From Verrucomicrobiia bacterium (GTDB taxonomy: Bacteria; Verrucomicrobiota; Verrucomicrobiia; Opitutales; Cerasicoccaceae), in contig JAUIAM010000014.1 in NCBI GenBank assembly GCA_030425485.1, positions 1,810 to 65,809 of the forward strand: a DNA stretch of 64,000 bases. The letters run 5' to 3'. This document shows, in pieces, positions 58,586-64,000 of the stretch (positions are counted from its first letter, which is position 1; each line of letters starts with the position of its first letter). Under the pieces are notes generated by a model, which saw only the letters and a program-made list of their open reading frames with translations, had not been told where the DNA came from and ran no database searches. Both the position numbers and the translations under genes were made by a program.

Positions 58586-58757
58586 GATCGGAAAGGGGTT
58601 GCTCGCCTTCGAGCGGGAGGTTTGCGAGGTGGTCGCGCTTCTTCTTTTTCATGAACATTGCGCGCACCACGATGATAAGAAATACCCCAAAGGTAAGCAG
58701 GAAGCCGATGATGGGGACGATGCTCGTCCATTCTTCATAGGTGATGCGCTTAAACAT
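58566..58757 (-). CDS. ccoQ: CcoQ/FixQ-like small membrane subunit
   Basis: 63 aa with one TM helix followed by a KKKKR cluster. It lies between ccoNO and ccoP and overlaps the ccoP start by 20 nt. Confidence 0.5.
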   Translation of the reverse strand: MFKRITYEEWTSIVPIIGFLLTFGVFLIIVVRAMFMKKKKRDHLANLPLEGEQPLSDHGQEKE

Positions 58758-58799
58758 GGGAGTGCCTTGAGTTGTTCGTTTCTGTTGCAGGCGGCGGGG

Positions 58800-61294
<2,495 letters not shown>

Positions 61295-61313
<19 letters not shown>

Positions 61314-61501
61314 GGGCTTCGGGTCTCGTGAGGCTGCTTTGCCGGAGTTTTAGCTGTCGTGCTGCGCTCTTCTTCAAAGGGCAAGAGGGCATCTCGCTCG
61401 GGGGAAGCAAAGGAATTGCGCACCCGGTCTCGGCCGAAAAGCACCATAAACAACACAGCCAACAGAAAGCTCAGCAAGAGCGTTAGAAATAAAACTTCCA
61501 T
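61295..61501 (-). CDS. CcoS-like small assembly protein (tentative)
   Basis: ATG 61501 gives MEVLFLTLLLSFLLAVLFMVLFG + a charged tail. It is single-TM, sits immediately upstream of ccoNO and overlaps it by 19 nt. The canonical GQ(F/Y)DD motif is not evident. Confidence 0.4.
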
Positions 61502-61674
61502 CGAAATCTTAATAAGCAAATTTAATGGAAATATGAATCTGAACAAGTCCAAAATAAAGCTATTATGAAAGTTGTTTTCTTTTTGAGAATTGGTATCAAT
61601 ACTAGTGTTTATCAGTAACTAGAACGATTATTGTTATGGATTTTCATGGATGGTGCGGGGTTTTTTTAATTAGA

Positions 61675-61704
61675 GAAACTAATTGCATTGATTAAATTAG
61701 TTTC
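61675..61704. promoter_or_regulatory. Perfect 10-bp inverted repeat GAAACTAATT-N10-AATTAGTTTC upstream of the cco operon
   Basis: It lies 174-203 nt upstream of the ccoS-like ATG in AT-rich DNA. No adjacent U-run on either strand, so a protein-binding site is more likely than a terminator. Confidence 0.35.
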
Positions 61705-61887
61705 CGTGGCTTGGGGCGTTGCTGACTCATGATTAAATGCGAAAGGCGAAATGCCGATGTGCGCTCTGCTGGTTGTGGGCATGCTGCAGCCTCGCCAGTG
61801 CTTTGGCGCTAGCGCAGAGGACAGGGCATTTTGCCTAAGGCCCGGAAGGGGCAATCCCTCTTATCGAGGCTTGTGGCAAGGCACCGC

Positions 61888-62046
61888 CTAGCGAATGAGA
61901 GTCTTGTAGACGGCGAAACCGACTCCGAGCAGGATGATGGCAATGAGAAGCAGGTAGGGGGTCAGATCGTCCCGGGAGCGGTATTTGACGACGCGGCGTA
62001 CATTCTCCTTAACAACCTTTCGCTTTGCTCGTTTTTTACGACCCAT
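61888..62046 (-). CDS. Hypothetical 52-aa tail-anchored membrane protein
   Basis: MGRKKRAKRKVVKENVRRVVKYRSRDDLTPYLLLIAIILLGVGFAVYKTLIR: a strongly basic N-terminus plus one C-terminal TM. It lies 89 nt downstream of the ferredoxin gene on the same strand and is below the ORF-track cutoff. Confidence 0.35.
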   Translation of the reverse strand: MGRKKRAKRKVVKENVRRVVKYRSRDDLTPYLLLIAIILLGVGFAVYKTLIR

Positions 62047-62135
62047 GACTTGCTGCTATGTGCATACGATGAACGACTTAAGCTTGCTTGGCAAGCTCAG
62101 GAAGTAGGGCAATAGACTTGGAATGGCGGTGGCGC

Positions 62136-62372
62136 TTAGTCTTCGCCGTCTTCACCAATGGCTTCGACCGGGCAGCCTTCGAGAGCTTCCATGCACTGGT
62201 CGATATCGTCCTGCGATTCAGGTTGTTTGTGGACGTATGAGTAGCCGCCGTCGTCGTTACGCGCGAAGAAGTCAGGCGCAGTTTCGCGGCACAGATCGCA
62301 GTCAATGCACTGTTCGTCTACATAGAATTTCCCAGCCACGTTCTCGGGCCATTTATCAGCAATATCAGCCAT
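62136..62372 (-). CDS. Small single-cluster ferredoxin
   Basis: FYVDEQCIDCDLCRETAP...CPVEAI Cys pattern; 78 aa, acidic. Confidence 0.8.
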   Translation of the reverse strand: MADIADKWPENVAGKFYVDEQCIDCDLCRETAPDFFARNDDGGYSYVHKQPESQDDIDQCMEALEGCPVEAIGEDGED

Positions 62373-62582
62373 AACTCGCAGAAATATCTCTAGGCACGAA
62401 GGTTAGTCAAGTCCTACCTCGTATGATTTGGGCCAGAAAGTGATTTCGGTCATTGCCGTGATAAGCTCTGCTCACGTGGGTGCGCATATATTTTCCGTGA
62501 AAATGCATTGCCTAAATACTTGAAAATGGCACTTTGGAGCCAACTCGCGGTCAAGCTAAGTTAGCGAGATAGCTCACGGATA

Positions 62583-63482
62583 ATGCTTTACGACAGACCA
62601 TACATGCGTGCGGATCCGATGGACCGCGGCACTCCCTATCTATACTGGATACTCGGCGCATTGATCGGAGGCTTCATCCTGCAGAGCCTGTTCCAGGTCT
62701 GGGGCGGGATGGGCATGTCTTTGGTTAACTGGTTCGCGCTCAGCGTGGAGCACCTGATGGAGTTCAAGCTTTGGACTTTACTGACGTACTCACTGCTCCA
62801 CGGCAGCTTCTGGCACTTGCTGGGTAACTGTCTGGGAGTCTTTTTTATCGGCATCATTCTCCTGCCCGATTTGGGCCATAAGCGGATCTTGCAGTTGTTT
62901 CTCGGCATGGTGCTGGTGGGGGGCATTGTGTGGTCAATTATGCACTTGGGCATGCCCCGCGTGCCCATGTATGGGGCTTCCGCCGCCTCGGTTGGCATGG
63001 CATTGCTCTTTTGCCTGATGTACCCGCAGCGCGAGTTTCAGTTGCTCTTGTTCTTTGTCCTGCCGGTCAGATTCAAGACAAAGTGGTTGCTCTGGCTCTT
63101 GCTGGGCATCAACGCCTTTGGCTTTTTCTTTGAAGAACTGCCACGGATAACCGGGCACGGCAGCATGGATTTGGGCAACGTGGCCTGGTCGGCCCATCTG
63201 GGAGGTATGTTGGTGGCCTATGTGTACTCCCTGTTTATGCTGAGTCCGGAAAAGCTTAGCTGGCTGCCCCGGCCCAAGGTCAAGGTCGAGCCTCCGCGCT
63301 GGGCACGTCGCAAGACCAGCACCAGCAAAACGGGTAAATTCAAGCTGAACCTGACCAACCGTGGAGCGGTCAAGAAGGAGGTCGACCGCATCCTGGACAA
63401 GATCAACACAGAGGGCTTTGCCTCGCTCACGACCGAGGAGAAGCGGATACTCGATCAGGCCAAGGATATGCTGAGCAAGTGA
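62583..63482 (+). CDS. Rhomboid-family intramembrane serine protease with a basic C-terminal extension
   Basis: HGSFWHLLGN, catalytic GASAAS and AHLGGMLV motifs. The ~70-aa cytoplasmic tail ends ...TTEEKRILDQAKDML. Confidence 0.8.
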   Translation: MLYDRPYMRADPMDRGTPYLYWILGALIGGFILQSLFQVWGGMGMSLVNWFALSVEHLMEFKLWTLLTYSLLHGSFWHLLGNCLGVFFIGIILLPDLGHKRILQLFLGMVLVGGIVWSIMHLGMPRVPMYGASAASVGMALLFCLMYPQREFQLLLFFVLPVRFKTKWLLWLLLGINAFGFFFEELPRITGHGSMDLGNVAWSAHLGGMLVAYVYSLFMLSPEKLSWLPRPKVKVEPPRWARRKTSTSKTGKFKLNLTNRGAVKKEVDRILDKINTEGFASLTTEEKRILDQAKDMLSK

Positions 63483-63752
63483 GCGGTTTTTTCCTGCGTG
63501 CATGCAGGCCAAAGGTGGTCTGCGCGCGGCTCGATTTTAGTTTTGTTTTCTATGGGGCAACATTTCCGAGAACAGTCTGGCCTCAGTCCTGTCAGAAGGG
63601 AGGCAGAGAGTTGGCTTCGAGCCTGCTTTGCGTATGCAATTCCGGCTTCCACAGGCAGTTGCCCTGAAATGCGTTAAATATTGGACAAGAATACGGAAAT
63701 GAATATGCTAACACCTCTTGCTGGTTACCATTCTCTCACTTTCGAAATCAAT

Positions 63753-64000
63753 ATGATGTACCGTAAATTTTTCTTACTCATCAGCGGAATCCTGACTGCG
63801 GCCACCCTGTGGGGTGTCGAGCGGGTCGATAGCAAGCCCTTTGAAACCACGGGCACCATGCGGGAGGAGACCCGCTACGTCATCCATGTGCTGGAAACGC
63901 AGCACTACCTCAATCAGCCGATGACGGAGATGGACACGGACGCCTTTATCGAGACGTTTATCACCGACCTGGACCCGCAACGGCTCTTTTTCACCAAGCT
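63753..64000 (+). CDS. Tail-specific (C-terminal processing) protease Prc, N-terminal fragment; continues beyond the window
   Basis: Signal peptide MMYRKFFLLISGILTAATLWG, then ...VIHVLETQHYLNQPM...FIETFITDLDPQRLFFTK, the typical Prc N-terminal domain pattern. Confidence 0.55.
   Translation, partial: MMYRKFFLLISGILTAATLWGVERVDSKPFETTGTMREETRYVIHVLETQHYLNQPMTEMDTDAFIETFITDLDPQRLFFTK

Noticed and set aside
61666-61854. 62-aa minus-strand ORF in the cco upstream region.
   Set aside because: It has no start context, and its composition and frame are not supported by neighbouring signals. It overlaps the inverted repeat and AT-rich promoter DNA.

Overview
This is a high-GC bacterial chromosomal window (about 60% GC in spot-counted genes). 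It is almost fully coding, with roughly 55 genes. The gene content includes a PEP-CTERM protein plus an exosortase, prepilin-type N-terminal-methylation proteins, an anaerobic sulfatase maturase and a fused ccoNO. This suggests a PVC-group organism, probably Verrucomicrobiota, but that is inference only.

Gene blocks in order:
- the tail of a pseudopilin operon
- an OmpR/HisKA two-component pair
- hutZ
- a Kef-type antiporter
- a complete six-gene biotin operon (bioA-B-D-F-esterase-C) with a palindromic operator candidate
- an AT-rich non-coding patch with nested hairpins
- a fecR-like gene and ppgK
- an AT-rich islet encoding a tandem-AP2 DNA-binding protein and a small HAD-like protein
- cysQ-like gene, a hybrid sensor kinase and a Fur-family regulator divergent from a 3-gene PEP-CTERM / secreted / prepilin-like cassette
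- trpS, DUF2851, an AsmA-like protein, anSME and cls
- fabG-acpP-fabF plus a desaturase
- an RhlB-like GT1 and a flavoprotein divergent from a stand-alone exosortase
- glgA, an SNF2 helicase and phoU
- a tripartite RND efflux system
- an 8-gene cbb3 oxidase cluster (ccoS-like, ccoNO, ccoQ, ccoP, ccoG, small ORF, TauE-like, ccoI)
- a ferredoxin, a rhomboid protease and the start of a tail-specific protease

I saw no rRNA, tRNA, CRISPR array, transposase, integrase or recognisable defence genes. I did not find a convincing novel multi-gene system. The items most worth a second look are the nested-hairpin element at 13.1-13.45 kb, the AP2 islet with GGTG iterons, and the Fur-adjacent PEP-CTERM cassette. 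All functional calls come from reading motifs in the supplied translations. No database search was run.
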